Origin: a virus
Taxonomy: Duplodnaviria > Heunggongvirae > Uroviricota > Caudoviricetes
IMG/VR virus record: IMGVR_UViG_3300047159_000064
Reading direction: 5' to 3' (one strand)
DNA length: 49,899 bases
Below the pieces are notes generated by a model. That model had not been told where the DNA came from. It saw only the letters and a list, made by a program, of their open reading frames with translations, and did not search any database. How positions within the stretch are numbered: position 1 is the first letter of the stretch; each line of letters opens with the position of its first letter. The position numbers were made by a program, and so were the translations under genes. Shown one piece after another: positions 19,991-32,488 of the stretch.

Positions 19991-20446
19991 TTAAGCAAGT
20001 CTTGTCCTATAGACTATCTGATCGATGCTCTTGCTTTCCATATAGCCTATGATATCTTTGTATTGAACGCGATACCACAGCGTTTTCTTGTAATTGGCGT
20101 CCAGCGTGTCGAGTATCTTGATCTCGCCGCCGGTGAACACCGTTTTCCTGGCAGACGTCGCCAAGGCCTCTTCTTTTATCTCGACAACGTGGCCGTCGTT
20201 TATTATCCCGTAGGCCTCGCTGCCTGGGTATCAGCCTCTGGATCCCGTCTCGAGATCGAGGATGAACCATCCCTTTTTCTTGACCGCCGACGAATCGTAG
20301 ACCGTTTTCCCGACCACGGATTCGACGGTGACGACGTTTCCGTTCACCGTTTTCTGAACGTCTTCGGAAACGCCTGCTTTGACGATATTCGCGCCTAGCA
20401 CGGTGGCGTCGCCGCCGCCTGTTTTCGCGTCGTAATATGTTTTCAT
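19991..20446 (-). CDS. Protein with C-terminal SH3b-like domain, one TGA(Trp)
   Basis: TGA 20231; readthrough gives ...KKTLWYRVQYKDIIGYMESKSI; ends TAA. Confidence 0.72.
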
Positions 20447-20447
20447 G

Positions 20448-21107
20448 CTATTCTATCAGGAAGTAAATCGTGCCTTCCGTTATCTCCGTCAGCGCGTTGT
20501 ACTCGTCAGGCGTGCCTCACCAGAATTTGTTGTTCACGGCTTCTATCGTCTCGTCTCTGGCTTTCTCCGCGCGTATTGCGGAAGCCGCCGATTTGGCCGC
20601 ATAGGTGTTGGCCGAAGCGGACGCGTTGCTGGCGCTCTGAGACGCCGAGCTGGCCTGCGTGACGTACTGCGACAGGGTGCTTTCGGTGAGAGGATCGACT
20701 CAGACAAGGCCGTTCGCTCCTTTAACCGGCATCTGCCCTTCCGAGGCGGCGCCGTATCCGGCAAGCGTAAGCCCTGCGTCCGATTTGACGTCGCGCGCTA
20801 TGCTCTTGCCGTCGTACAGGCTTTTGTTCTCCCATGACGCCGTGGCGCTGTTGTAGATCAGCGCGTTTTCGGCTTTCGGCAGCGTTATGGAGAAGTTCAT
20901 CGCCGTGGATACGTTGAAATACGGAAGATCCACGTACGCCCTGACGCCGTCGCCGAACTTCATTCGGTTGGTGTCCGTCTCGAAGATAGGCTCGCCGTTC
21001 TTAGGTATGCGATCGCCGACCAAATAAGCTTCGAGCGCCGATTTCTCGCCGCGCTTGAACTGTATTCTCTCGATCGAGACCTTAGTTGAATTGTCAGTTA
21101 CGCCCAT
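20448..21107 (-). CDS. Tail fibre-associated protein (Mtd/hyaluronidase N-terminal-like domain), two TGA(Trp)
   Basis: RIQFKRG, GEP..ETDT.RMKFGDG; TGA 20700 and 20517; C-terminal FWW*GTPDEYNAL...TIYFLIE. Confidence 0.8.
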
Positions 21108-21201
21108 TTTCCTTGAAACCTGTCATATAATTTAGCTAAAAATACGCCGTGCTCTCGCGTTTTGGGCGATCGCTCGGCGTATCGCGGAAAGCTGGCAGGC
21201 G

Positions 21202-21414
21202 CTAGTCGCCGTCGGCCGGCACTTCGCCGTAATCAGACAGCTTGCTTTTCAGCGAAAGCGTTATGACGCCTTTCGTCACGCGCTTAGTCGTCTTGTTTAT
21301 CAGCGCTTTGCCTTCGTCTGGGATCAGGACGTAGATCTCGCTCTGAAACGAGCTTATCGGCTTCCTGCTCTCGTCCATGACGTTGGTTATCGTCTGCCTT
21401 ATCTGAATCTGCAT
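21202..21414 (-). CDS. Small hypothetical protein
   Basis: GGAGG RBS; 70 aa. Confidence 0.7.
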   Translation of the reverse strand: MQIQIRQTITNVMDESRKPISSFQSEIYVLIPDEGKALINKTTKRVTKGVITLSLKSKLSDYGEVPADGD

Positions 21415-21429
21415 TTGCTATGCCTCCAT

Positions 21430-24400
21430 TTACTCATTTGCCGGGATGTCGAACTGCACCGTCGCCTCGTCGCTGGCTCCCAGGTAATCCCATTTGCTGC
21501 CGTAGGCCGTGCCGGCCCATGTCATGAGATCCGTGCCTGAGCCTATGTTGCGCGCGTGGATGACGAGGATGCCTTTGACGCAGTCTCTGAACCAGCCGTT
21601 CTCCCACGCCTCTATCTTGTTGCTGCTAGACGTGTTGTACAGCTTGACCGAAGCCAGGCCGTAGCAGTAAATGAACGCGTTGTTCCCTATGCTCGACACG
21701 CTCGAAGGCACGCTGACAGACGTCAGGTTGAGGCATCTGCAGAACGCCTGCTCGCCTATCGACTGCAGCGCCTGAGGAAGCTCTATCGAGCTTATGAGCG
21801 AGTTCTCGAACGCGAAATCGCCTATGCTGGTTATCGTGCCTGGTAGGGTTACCGTCTGTAGGCTGCTGCCGGGATAGCCGCCGCTGAACGCGTAATTAGG
21901 TATGGCGGTATCCCATGCGAAGCAGATGTTGCATCCGCTTCCGATCGGGCCGGCCGTCGTCAGCAAGCCGCAGTCGTTGAAGCAGTACTGGCCTATCGTC
22001 ATGCCCTTGTTCTCGAGCGTGACGCTGGCCAAAGACGTGCAGGCGGAGAAAGCGCTCGTGCCGACGTAGGATATGTGCTTAGGTATGACGACGCTCTCGA
22101 AGCTGACGCATCCCTGGAACGCGCCGGCAGGTATCCGCGTCAGCGTGCTCGGGAAGTTTATCTCCTTGAGGCTCGTGCATTTCTCGAAGGCGTATTCGCC
22201 CAAAGACGTAAGGCCTTCTGGCAGATTGACCTTGGTTATGCCTGAGCAGTTCTGGAACGCTCTGTTGTTTATCGACTTTATGTTCGTCGGAATGTCGACC
22301 GTGCCGGTTATTCCGGTGCATCCGTTGAACGCGTAATCCTCTATCAGCGAGATGTTGCGCCATGCGTCGGCGGTGGGCAGGCCTGTCAGGCCTACGCAGC
22401 CTTTGAACGCGCCTTCGCTTATTTTAGTCATGTAGTTCGTCAGCGTGACTCTCTTGAGGTTTACGGCCCCGCTGAAAGCGTATTTGTTGGTGAATTGCTG
22501 GTCCCACGCGAAATCGACGGCGGTTATCGCCGTGACGGGCATGACGGTCTGAACCTCGCTTGAGTTGCCCATGTTGTACGTCGCGCCTGAGCCTGCGATG
22601 ACCTTGACGGTTATCTTGTAGTCTCCTGCCGTCGCGTAGACGTGTTTGAAGCTCACGAAATCTTTTCCGGCGGTCGATTCTTCCGCAGAGCCGTCTCCCC
22701 AGCCTACGGACGTGCCGTTGGCCTCAGTCTGAGAGATGTTGAGCGAAATCTCCTCGTTGGCCGAATCGGTCGTTATGGAGATCGTCGACGGCTCGTGGTA
22801 TTCTATCCAGTTGGCGTAAAGCGTCATGTCGCCTTGGATCCCGTTTTTGGCGAAATCCCATTTAGACGCCGCGTCGAACGCCTGCGACGTGTACCATCCG
22901 TCTATGAGGTAGCCCAGCTCTATCTGAGGAGCTGGCTCCGTTATCAGGCTGTCGAAAACGACGGTCTGAGAATCCGGCGTCGAACCTCTTCCGCACGCGT
23001 TGAACGAAACGACGAAGCTCTTAGGCGAGCAAGAGGCGTCGTAGGTGAATTCGCCTGTTATGCGCCTTTCGTCCAAATCGTCTATCGTGGTGCCGTTCAG
23101 CTTGAGCGCCATGCCTTCGTAATGGGCGTCGTCTATCGCGGCGTCTATCTTTATGAGCGAATTGGCCAAAGCGAACGTCGATACGGCTCTGCCGTCGCTC
23201 AGAAGCGACACGGACGACACTCCGGCCGTCTTGCTGACGTTTATCTTATACGCGCTTATGTAAGCGCTGTCGTTGACGTTGCCGAAAGCGTCTTTGACGA
23301 ATATGTGCCAATCGCCTGCGGCGTCTATCGTGAACGATTCCGTCACGGACGTGACAGGATCTATCGGGTTCCATGCGCCAGAAGGCTCAGTCGAGTCTTT
23401 GACGACCTGCCAGCATACGATGCCGACGTTGTCCGTCGCGGTGAACTCGAACGCGTCGAAAGCGGTGCGCGTTATCGCCGTCACGGCTGGCTTGGAGTTG
23501 TCTTTCCAATTGGCGTAAAGCGTTATGGCGTTGTCCGCCGGAATCGTCGCAGGCGTTATCGGCAGGGCGAAATCGAAGCTGACAAAAGCGTCGCTCTTCG
23601 AAGACCAGCCGACGAAATCCACGCTCTCCGGTATTCCCGTCATGTCGGCGGTCGTGAGCTCTTTGCATAAGGCCCCGTATTCTACCTGCTCGGCCTCAGG
23701 CGATATCTTTATCGATGAGGACCTCGTGTCGAATTTTATCGTGTATACCTGAACGTGCGTCTCGAAGACGGCGTTTACGCTCATGTCTCCGGCGACGCTC
23801 TTGTACGATTTGTCCCATCCGACGAACGTATAATAGTTCTTGACCGTCGGATCCTTAGAAGGGTTGCTGCCGCCGTGATGCTCCGCAGGATCCACAGCCG
23901 AAGCGCCGAGCGCCACGATCTGAGAATCGAACAATGCGCTTTCGTTGTAGAAGTTGATGACGCAGCGTATGACGTCCGCCGATATCTTTATTTCTTCGTA
24001 TCTCGCGCTCAATGCGACGTAATCGCTCCACAGTATCGACGGAACGTGCAACGTGCCTGTGACCTGCGCCTTCGGCGTTGATTCGCCGAAAATGGTCTTG
24101 CCGGTCATTTTGTCCAGCGCGTCGTACAGCTTCTTTATCTCGTCTGAGTCTTTAACTTTTATGTCGACTCCGATCAATCTGACGATAGATCCTGGCGCCA
24201 TCGCCGAAATGAAGGCGTAGGTGTCTATCAGGTTCGACGGAACGTTCTCGAGCCACAGCGTCTGTATGTTGCTGGGGTTGTTGAGCACTAATTCGCTCAG
24301 CAAAGGCTGGTTGCGGATCGTGAGATTCGTTATCGTGTCCGGCAGATGCAGGACGCGCAGAACGCCGCCGACAGGCAGCTCGACGCCTTTTATCTTCGTG

Positions 24401-27400
24401 TTGTCGAAATAGGCCTCTTCGATGTTGGTGCAGTTCTGTATGCTGACCGGTGTCTCGAGGTTGACGCAGTTCCTGGCGTCCAGCTTCTTAAGCAGCGTGT
24501 TTTTGCCGAGCGTCAGCTTGGTGAGGTTCGGATTCGAGTAATCGGACGCCGAATCGCCGACTTTGAGCTCTTGCAGCTTTACGGCCGAAGAGACGTCGAG
24601 CAAGCCGACTTTTGATTTAGAAAGATCGCCGATTGACTTCAGCTGGCTGGCGGAGAATATCGTGTATTCTGTGTCGTTCGCCCTGTCTAGCGGGTTCTTC
24701 AGCGTGTATTCGACGCCGCGCTTAGCTCTCACAGACACAGGCGACGTGTTGCCGTATTGGACGGACGCGTAGATGTCGGCGTAAGGCGTTATGCGGATGT
24801 CATCCGTGGCGTAGGCTCTCATTATCACCGTGTCGGACTTGGCGTCTCCGGTGTTGAATTTGCTGTCGAGGTATCTGAATCTGTTGTAAAGCCACCATCT
24901 GCGCTGCTCGGTCTTCGAGCCTTGCAGCATGTCGAGATAGTTCTTGCCGTCCGAAATGAGCGGCTTGACGTATTTGACGTACGCGTCTTCGTTGAATATC
25001 GCCTCAGACCAAAGAGACTGATGGCTTTCGAATCTTCCTTCGATCGTGTCGAAGTTCATCAGCCCGCCTGATTTGCGCAGCTCGGCATACATGTCGGCTA
25101 TCTTGTCAGGGAAAGCGTCTCTGACGTTGCGCCACATCGTCGAAAGCTGCGCGTTGAAAACGTAAGAGCCGTTGACTGAGTTGTCTTCTTTTCTCTTCAT
25201 GGCGACGAAGTGCTTTACTAACGTCTTGTCGCCGTTCTTTGCGGTTATCTCTACGAATGCAGCGTCTCCTGTGATATTCTGGCTATTGAAAGACACAGCT
25301 CCGCTGGCTTGATCCAATGCTGGCTCATTGAGCAAACCGGCATAGTCGGTGACGCTGTATATCCAGGCGTAGGATTTCGTCTTCGTCTCATTGCCTGACG
25401 AATCTTTAGCTATGTCGTAAACCGATATGGCCGAAGATATATCATAAGACGACACGAGCATGCCTGCGGCCGTGGTGAGCACAGTCTCAAGCGGATTGCT
25501 GAGCTCTGCCGCCGAATACGATCCTGACGCATCCGCTGAAGTCTCCGCGACGTCTTGGCTCATTATATCGACAGAGCGCGAATCGAAAAGCTTCGTCGAA
25601 GTCTCTATGACCTTCACCGTCACTATCTTGTCGGTCAAAGCGGCCAAATCGGCCGCGGCTATCGTCGCCGTCGCGCCGTCCGCGCTTATCGTCAGCGGCA
25701 CTCCGGCAGGCGTCGTCTCAAAGACGAATGTCGGATTTGTTATGTTCTCGACCGTCGCGGCGAACGTTATGCTGCTGGGCGACGCCGCGTCTTTGCTGTA
25801 TGAGTTAGAGCTCGCGCTCAGGCTGAGCGTCGAAGCGGAAATCATGTCTCTGTCTTCGAGGCTGTAATCGAAAACCAACGCGCCTTCGTTGTTGATTCCG
25901 AGCGCGGTGTCCATGTCGTACGGAAGCCAGAACCACCTGTCTCCGCCGTCGCCTGAAACTCTGCTCTTGAAATAGGTAGGGAACGTATTTTTGGCGCGCG
26001 AGTCGACCATCAAGAATATCTCGGTGAACAGATAATAGTATATGGTAGAATTGAGATTGAACCAGTTTTCAAGCTCGGCTCTGAATTTCGCCAGCCTGTA
26101 TTCCGGCGTGTCGTTTTTGAATGTCTTAGTCACCTTAGAGCCGGCTTTATAGGCGCCGTCTTCGCCGATGACCGCTTCGGCGTAAGTGTATGTCACAGGC
26201 GTGGCCAAAGCCTCGCCGGTGGCGGCGTCTCTGTTCGTCGAAACGACCCAGGACGTCATCTCTTTGAGCTTAGTTATGTCAGCCGCGTCTCCGACGTCCG
26301 GATAGCGCGCTTCGAACGACACCTTCCAGTTATCGTCGGTGATCGGCTCTCTGAACAATACCTGCTCGGTGTTGTTGTTAAGCACCTCCCAAGATTCGTC
26401 GCCAGTCGTCAATCCGTATACAGCTTCGTTGCCTTTGTCGTTGTTGAAGTTCATCTTCGTGATGAAATTGACCGAGCCGTCGTCAAGCTGCTGGAAAGCC
26501 ATTATCGGGAATCCGTCTATGCCGACGCGGATGCTGCTGTTGAGCTTCTGAGGCGGCGTCTGGAAAAGCGTCTTCGAATTGTCGTTGTACAGCTTGACCA
26601 ATTCGACGTTGTTAGCGCCTTCTGACGACGCGTAGTCAGATTTGTAGGTGAATTCGTTCGCGGCTATTCCGCCGAGCGTCACGAAGAAATCCGTTTTGGC
26701 GAAATCGCTGTCGACGTATTCGAATCCGTTGGTGCTCTTTTTGTATGAGATCTTCCAGTTTTTGACCGGATAGACCGCGGACGAAGTGCCTTGGACGTTA
26801 TGGATCGCGTTATGCGAGACGAAAGAACGCTCCGGATGCAGCGGATCGGTGTACCAGACATTGCCTTTGCGCTTGTCTCCCTTGAACTGAGGCAGCGGGT
26901 TTATGTCCGTTATGAGGTAAGGAAGGTCGGCCGGCAGCTTGGTTACCGTCAGCGCGCCTTCTTCGTTGTAGTTGTCGTTTCTGCGGTATCTCTCCGCTTT
27001 AAGGACGCCGCTCTGGGTGTCGGCTATCCAGTTGTTGACTACCTGCTTTCTCGTGAGGTTGTTGTCGTATACCCTGATATTGTAGATGTCTACGGCGGCG
27101 TCGTTCGAGCCGATGGTTATGGTCTTCGGCGTCAGCTGCCTGAAGGTATCGTCGGCTGGATACTGAATCGCGCCTGACGCGATGCCGTTTATGTACATGT
27201 AGATTATCCTAGACTCTACGTTTTTCTCTATGACGAAAGTAAGGCGGACGTGATCGTTCTCCTTGTATTGCGTCTGCAGCTCGGTCTGCTGCGACTTGAG
27301 CTTGGCTATCTGAGGCGTGATGTAGAAGCCTCTGTCTTTGTCGAAGCAGCTCATGATGACCGCCTCGTAGTCTCTGACCGCGCTCGTCGCGAGCTCTATC

Positions 27401-29310
27401 TCTATCGTTTTTCCGTAGGATTTGAAATCGCGCTCGAAAGGCTTGTAAGGTATCTCAACCCGGGCGTCGCCTGATACGCGAAGGACGGTGTTTCCGTCCG
27501 CATCTTTCATCCAGCCGTCTGAGCTGTAGTTGAATCCGGTCATGACGCAGGATATGTTATGCGTCGCGTCGACCCATTTGGATCTGGCGTCCGCCTGCTC
27601 AAGATTGCTTCTTCCGTACGTGCTCAGCTCAAGAGCGAGGCTCTCTTTGACGGCGTTTACGACGACTGCGCTCTGCGCAACGTGTATGCTGAAAGATCTT
27701 GACTGATCGCCGGTCTTTATCGTGAATATGTAATCGCCGGCTGTGTCGCAGCGGTATTCCCACTGGTGCTCTTCTTGGTCGACTGTCAGCGATTTGTCTT
27801 TGACTCCGTTTACGTACAGCTCTATGTCTGACGTGTTCTTGCCAGGCGTGTAGACTCTGTACGGGATGTCGAACGTTATGTACTGCTCTTGGTTCAGATC
27901 CTGGAACTGCGACGCTATTATGGGCGTCGAATCGCCGGCGACCTGATAGATGATGTCGTAATGAAGCTTGTTGGACTCAACTTCTATGCCGTTTATTGAG
28001 CATTTGAAATAAGCGTCTATCGTGTGTGAGCCGTGAGAAAGGTTCAGCAGCTGATACATCTGCTGCTCGCCTGACGTCCTGACGGATTGCGTGCCGTTGA
28101 GCGCGCCGTCTACGTAAATGTAAACGGTTTTTTCTACGTCGCCGGTCGGCGTGTAGATGAAATTAACGGCGTCAGAATAGACCAGCTTGTAATTGAAGTT
28201 GGATTCTAGCTTTATAGAGACGACCGAAATCGTTCCGATGACGTTGCTCTTGTTGGAATACGCGTCGACTATCCTGAATTCTACCTTGTTGCTGCCGGAT
28301 ACCAGCTTGCTTGAAACGTCGACGTCGACATAGCCTTGCTGGACCGTCTGAGTAGAAAACGGAGTGCTGCTTCCGTTCACGTACACCGAAAGGACGCCGG
28401 GGCCTGTGGCTTTGCCGGCTCTCGCCGAAACTCAGTATATCCTCAGCGTGCAGCTGGCTCCTGCCGAAACGGCCGCAGGCCACATGCTCTTGTCTGTCTC
28501 TGGGTTTATGTTGGTTATGGTAAGATCTGTGACAGAGCTTCCTCCGCCTGTCCCAGAGCCGCCGCCTGAGCCTAAATCGTATGGTCCGGATATGACGGAT
28601 TCTTTCGTGCCTAATCCGTAATTGTCGTCGTCGCTAAGCTTCGCGGTCTCCGCAGTAAGATACCAATGCGGCTTTTTCTCTGGATCGAGATCGCCGTTCG
28701 TGTCGTAGTAAAGGCCTGAGGCCTTCGTTCCGAGCGACACGTTGCCGTATTTCACGTTTCCGTTCTCGTCGATTTGTATGGCTTTGAATTCGTCCGCGCT
28801 TCCGGTAGAAGGCAGCTTAGGCTGCTTGCCGTCAAGCTCTCCTCTCAGGCCGGTTATCGCCGCTATGGTGTGCTGGCCTGGCAAATTTCTGTTTTTAAGC
28901 AGCGCGTGGTCGGTGACGACGACCGCGTTTTGGCCGCCTGTTCCTGGATCGGCCGGAGCTTCTTCGGCGCTGTCGACGGCTCCGCCGTCGAGCGCTATCG
29001 TCACTTCCGCCGTCGCCGAATCATGGTCGACGCCTATCGTCTTATCGTTTATTATTAGGCTTTTTATGGCCTTCTCTGTTATGCTCTTGTCTACGAATTC
29101 GCGGGTGGCTATCACTTCGGTGTCGACGTCGACGGATACCGTGTGCATCCTGTTATTGACCGTGGTCTTCGCAGTCGCCGTATCGACGCCTTGCATGTCC
29201 GACGTGCCGCTTCCGCTTCCGCTGCCGGACATCTGGCCTGAAAACGTCCCGGCAGAAGTCGAGCCTATATTTCCAGTCAATGTCTTGTTTTTACTTATGT
29301 TTCCGGTCAT
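21430..29310 (-). CDS. Giant multidomain tail protein, 2626 aa (LamG-like, CotH-like, InlB B-repeats, BspA-type LRR), one TGA(Trp)
   Basis: ORFs 28432..29310 and 21430..28386 are in frame via TGA 28432; DSRAKN...PYDMD; F.GW repeats; I...AF..C..L repeats. Confidence 0.85.
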
Positions 29311-29390
29311 CTTGCGCCCTTTCCGCTTGCTGAGCGACTAGCTTATCAGTCATATAATTTAGCTTATAAATACCAAATATCAGAATCTAT

Positions 29391-29425
29391 AAAAAAACGG
29401 ATTCAGACTTCAGCCTAAACCCGTT
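29391..29425 (-). terminator. Probable intrinsic terminator
   Basis: AACGGGTTTAG/CTGAATCCGTT hairpin plus T run. Confidence 0.55.
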
Positions 29426-29445
29426 CAGCCGCTTTGCGCGGCTCG

Positions 29446-29820
29446 TTAATCGTTGAGGACGAATTTCGTTTTCTCGATGACGGTTATGACCGTCATCTCG
29501 CCGTCGACGACGTGCCTAAGCTTTATCGCATAATAATATACGCCAGGCTCCAGGTTAATCGTGTCGGCCGGCTTTATGTCGATCTGAACGTATCCGCTCG
29601 AGTCCATGTCGGCTGGAAGATACGACTTTTTCAAAATGGCGTCTTCGAACCTCTGATGAGGCTCCATCAGCCCGAAAAACAAAGTGTCGCCTTCGCGCAT
29701 CATATATCTTTCGGTCTCGCTGACCGTTCCGTCTTCCTCTATGTCGCTGAGGCCGTTGGCTATGCAAAGGGTGAATTTGTAGGTATCGCCGCGATTCATC
29801 ACTATTATTCTGTCTGACAT
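29446..29820 (-). CDS. BppU-like baseplate/tail protein
   Basis: RGDT..F, P.DT..L.PG.Y.Y..KL pattern. Confidence 0.7.
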   Translation of the reverse strand: MSDRIIVMNRGDTYKFTLCIANGLSDIEEDGTVSETERYMMREGDTLFFGLMEPHQRFEDAILKKSYLPADMDSSGYVQIDIKPADTINLEPGVYYYAIKLRHVVDGEMTVITVIEKTKFVLND

Positions 29821-29824
29821 AGCG

Positions 29825-30187
29825 TTACTCCTTGGCAATTTGCGCTTCCAGCGCGTTTATCTCGTCGCGCCATGCTTGGCGCTGCGCCTTAGTCGTCGCG
29901 TATTCATCTGCGGTAAGCTGGCCTTCGGCGTATTTTATAGCGATGTAATCGGTGGCTCTGAGATCGCTCTTCAGCTCGATTATCCGCATTTCGCGCGTCG
30001 TCGTCTCTTTGGCCGTCGTGTATGACGTAGCGTCTGCCTGATCTCTGGTGACCGCGCCGCCGACGATCTTATCGACGCCGATGACGGGGTATGCAGATAC
30101 CTCTATGAACGGCTTCCCAGCGTCGAAAGGCGTTTCTGTCAACGATACTATGTAATTATTAGAATCGACCGTGTAGTTCAGCTTCAT
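29825..30187 (-). CDS. Tail fibre assembly/chaperone-like protein
   Basis: L..TDY..IK..EG, RQAWRDEIN.LE. Confidence 0.7.
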   Translation of the reverse strand: MKLNYTVDSNNYIVSLTETPFDAGKPFIEVSAYPVIGVDKIVGGAVTRDQADATSYTTAKETTTREMRIIELKSDLRATDYIAIKYAEGQLTADEYATTKAQRQAWRDEINALEAQIAKE

Positions 30188-30189
30188 GA

Positions 30190-31380
30190 TTAATAGACTC
30201 CTTTGACTTTAGAAACGTACCATGACGTATAAGTTGTCGTTCCGTCCGCGCCTACGAAATAAAGCCTGTTCTTGTTCGTTCCGTCTTTGGTCACCTTGAC
30301 TCCGTAGCCTTTTATGTATTTACCGTCGTCTCCGACCATCATGACGGGGAAAGACAAAGCGTTTCCTGAAAGCGCGGCGGTGTCGAGGCTCAGCACGAAG
30401 CCGTTGTTGCTCCATTGGCCGTCGAAGAACAGCGTGACCTGCAGTTCTGCGAAATCGTCGATGTTCAGCGTCGTAAAGCCTGGCAAAGCGGCGAAATTGA
30501 GCCCGTCTGCGTCGACTTTCTGAGAGCCTGACCAGACGACCGTCGATTTGGCGGCGGCTTCTAGCGACTGAATGGCCGTGGCGCCTTTTGCCGCGCCTGA
30601 CCTTATCGTATCCAAATCAGCTATGGCGTCCTGCTTGGCGGAATCGTGATACGCCTCAAGCTTGAGCTGCGTTATGTAATTGTCTGGCACGCTCTGAAGC
30701 GCAGTAGCGCCTGCTGCGGCGCCTGTCCTTATGACCGAAAGATCGGATATGGTGTCTTGCTTCAGCGCTAGCGCCGTGGACAGCTCTGCCTTCGTCGCAG
30801 ACGCGCCCATCAGCGACGATACGTCATTATATAATCCGTTGTAGTTGTTTGTGTTGTCTGCGACAGCTTTCTGCAGCGCGGCCAAATCGAAGCTGTCTTG
30901 CTTTGAGCTCTGAAGGCCTGTTATGCTGGCAGACAGCGCGCTGACGCTGTTTGTCAAGTCTATGGCCGCGGCGTATTTTCCGCCGTTCAAATCCGATATC
31001 GCGAAATCGTAAGCTGTGATTTTGTCTGCCGTGACGCCTGAATCCAAAGCCGCTTTCTCGGCGCCGATTATAACAGGCTCCTTAAGCGCCAGGCCTTCTG
31101 TCAGATCCGTCTTCAAGGCGAACGTGCTGAGGTCTATGTTGTTTATGCGCGCGTTCAAAAGCGTTATGAACTCAGAGCTTGCTATCGTCTGAAGCTCGTC
31201 GTTCGTATAGATGTAAAGATTGAAATCGGCCGGCACCGCGCCAGCTATGACGGTAGGCAGCGACTTTATGTTGCGCGGAGCGGTTTCTTTCTGAATTACC
31301 GCCTTTAGCAAATCGAATTTTATGTTCAGATCCGCCGGCGTTATGCTGTATGTTTTCTCCGGCTGCTGTTTCTTGCTCAT
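30190..31380 (-). CDS. Tail fibre-like protein with internal repeats
   Basis: KQD.I.DL..IR.GAA.GATA.QS occurs twice. Confidence 0.72.
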   Translation of the reverse strand: MSKKQQPEKTYSITPADLNIKFDLLKAVIQKETAPRNIKSLPTVIAGAVPADFNLYIYTNDELQTIASSEFITLLNARINNIDLSTFALKTDLTEGLALKEPVIIGAEKAALDSGVTADKITAYDFAISDLNGGKYAAAIDLTNSVSALSASITGLQSSKQDSFDLAALQKAVADNTNNYNGLYNDVSSLMGASATKAELSTALALKQDTISDLSVIRTGAAAGATALQSVPDNYITQLKLEAYHDSAKQDAIADLDTIRSGAAKGATAIQSLEAAAKSTVVWSGSQKVDADGLNFAALPGFTTLNIDDFAELQVTLFFDGQWSNNGFVLSLDTAALSGNALSFPVMMVGDDGKYIKGYGVKVTKDGTNKNRLYFVGADGTTTYTSWYVSKVKGVY

Positions 31381-31395
31381 ATTGTTTCCTCCGCC

Positions 31396-31860
31396 TTATG
31401 CGCCTATGCTGCTCTTCGTCACGATGGATTTCTGCTCTTCTATCAGGGTAGACGATCCGACCGTCGTATTTATGTTGACCTGAAAGCGCGTCGGCATATC
31501 GACGCCGGCCGTCTCCAAGGCTGCGGTCTCTGCCGGCGACAGCGCGCAGTTAACGCAAAGCGTCGCGCTATCCCAGCTGAATCTCGATGAATCTATTGTC
31601 TTATTCGAAGTGTCAGAGAAAAATTTATACTTTTTTATGTCGCCAGACGGCTGCTCTATGACGAACGTTATCTGCGTTATGAAGCTAAACGCCAGTTTGA
31701 CGTCATTCAAGTCTGACTCAACCAGCATGCTTTTATGATCCGACATATCGAAAGACAAAACAGCCGATTCACCTTTTGTCACGCTGATGTATTCGCTTAT
31801 GCTCTCGTCTGCGAGCGGCGCGAACGCCAGCGAAGCTTTTATGTTGAATGCTTTTTCCAT
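31396..31860 (-). CDS. Hypothetical structural protein
   Basis: 154-aa ORF in operon. Confidence 0.7.
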   Translation of the reverse strand: MEKAFNIKASLAFAPLADESISEYISVTKGESAVLSFDMSDHKSMLVESDLNDVKLAFSFITQITFVIEQPSGDIKKYKFFSDTSNKTIDSSRFSWDSATLCVNCALSPAETAALETAGVDMPTRFQVNINTTVGSSTLIEEQKSIVTKSSIGA

Positions 31861-31871
31861 TTATGCCGATC

Positions 31872-32393
31872 CTATTCTATGCTGAGTATGCCGTCGTTTT
31901 CAGAGAACAGCGAGTAGGTCTTTCCGCCGTATTCCATCGAAAGGCGCATCCTGTATACGCCGAATCTAAGACCATGACCTGCCGGATCAGAGTCAGAGGC
32001 TCTGACATGCACTTTTACTTCAGTGCCGGAAGGCAGCAGCTCAGGCTCGAACATGCGAACTTCATTACCGTCTGCGTCAAATATCGGCGTTTTGCCGTCT
32101 GCGGCCACCTCGTTTGACACGACATTGCCGCCGGAGTCAGTCACGTCGAACGTGAACTTGGCTTCTTTAGCCACAGAGTCTATGCCGCCGTCTGCGTCGC
32201 CGTAAAGCCTGAAATACAAATCGAATTCAGAATTTGCCTTCGCTCTTGCGCCAAGCTGATCTCCACCTGCGTTTATCAGTGGAAGAACGGCGTTTCCCTT
32301 GGCGACGACAACGCCAGAAGACGCCGCCGGCGCCATCATGACCGAATCATAACCTGGGTTGCCGGGATAATTGTAGAACATGTCTTTTTCCAT
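31872..32393 (-). CDS. Hypothetical structural protein
   Basis: 173-aa ORF directly after a GCTAAATTA motif. Confidence 0.7.
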   Translation of the reverse strand: MEKDMFYNYPGNPGYDSVMMAPAASSGVVVAKGNAVLPLINAGGDQLGARAKANSEFDLYFRLYGDADGGIDSVAKEAKFTFDVTDSGGNVVSNEVAADGKTPIFDADGNEVRMFEPELLPSGTEVKVHVRASDSDPAGHGLRFGVYRMRLSMEYGGKTYSLFSENDGILSIE

Positions 32394-32446
32394 TTGGCGC
32401 CTCTCGCTTAAACTGTCATATAATTTAGCATATTTTAACGACGAAT

Positions 32447-32474
32447 AAAAAAAGCCAATCGAGATTGGCTTTAT
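32447..32474 (-). terminator. Intrinsic terminator
   Basis: AAGCCAATC-TC-GATTGGCTTTTTTT. Confidence 0.75.
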
Positions 32475-32488
32475 TCTTTCAGGCTATA

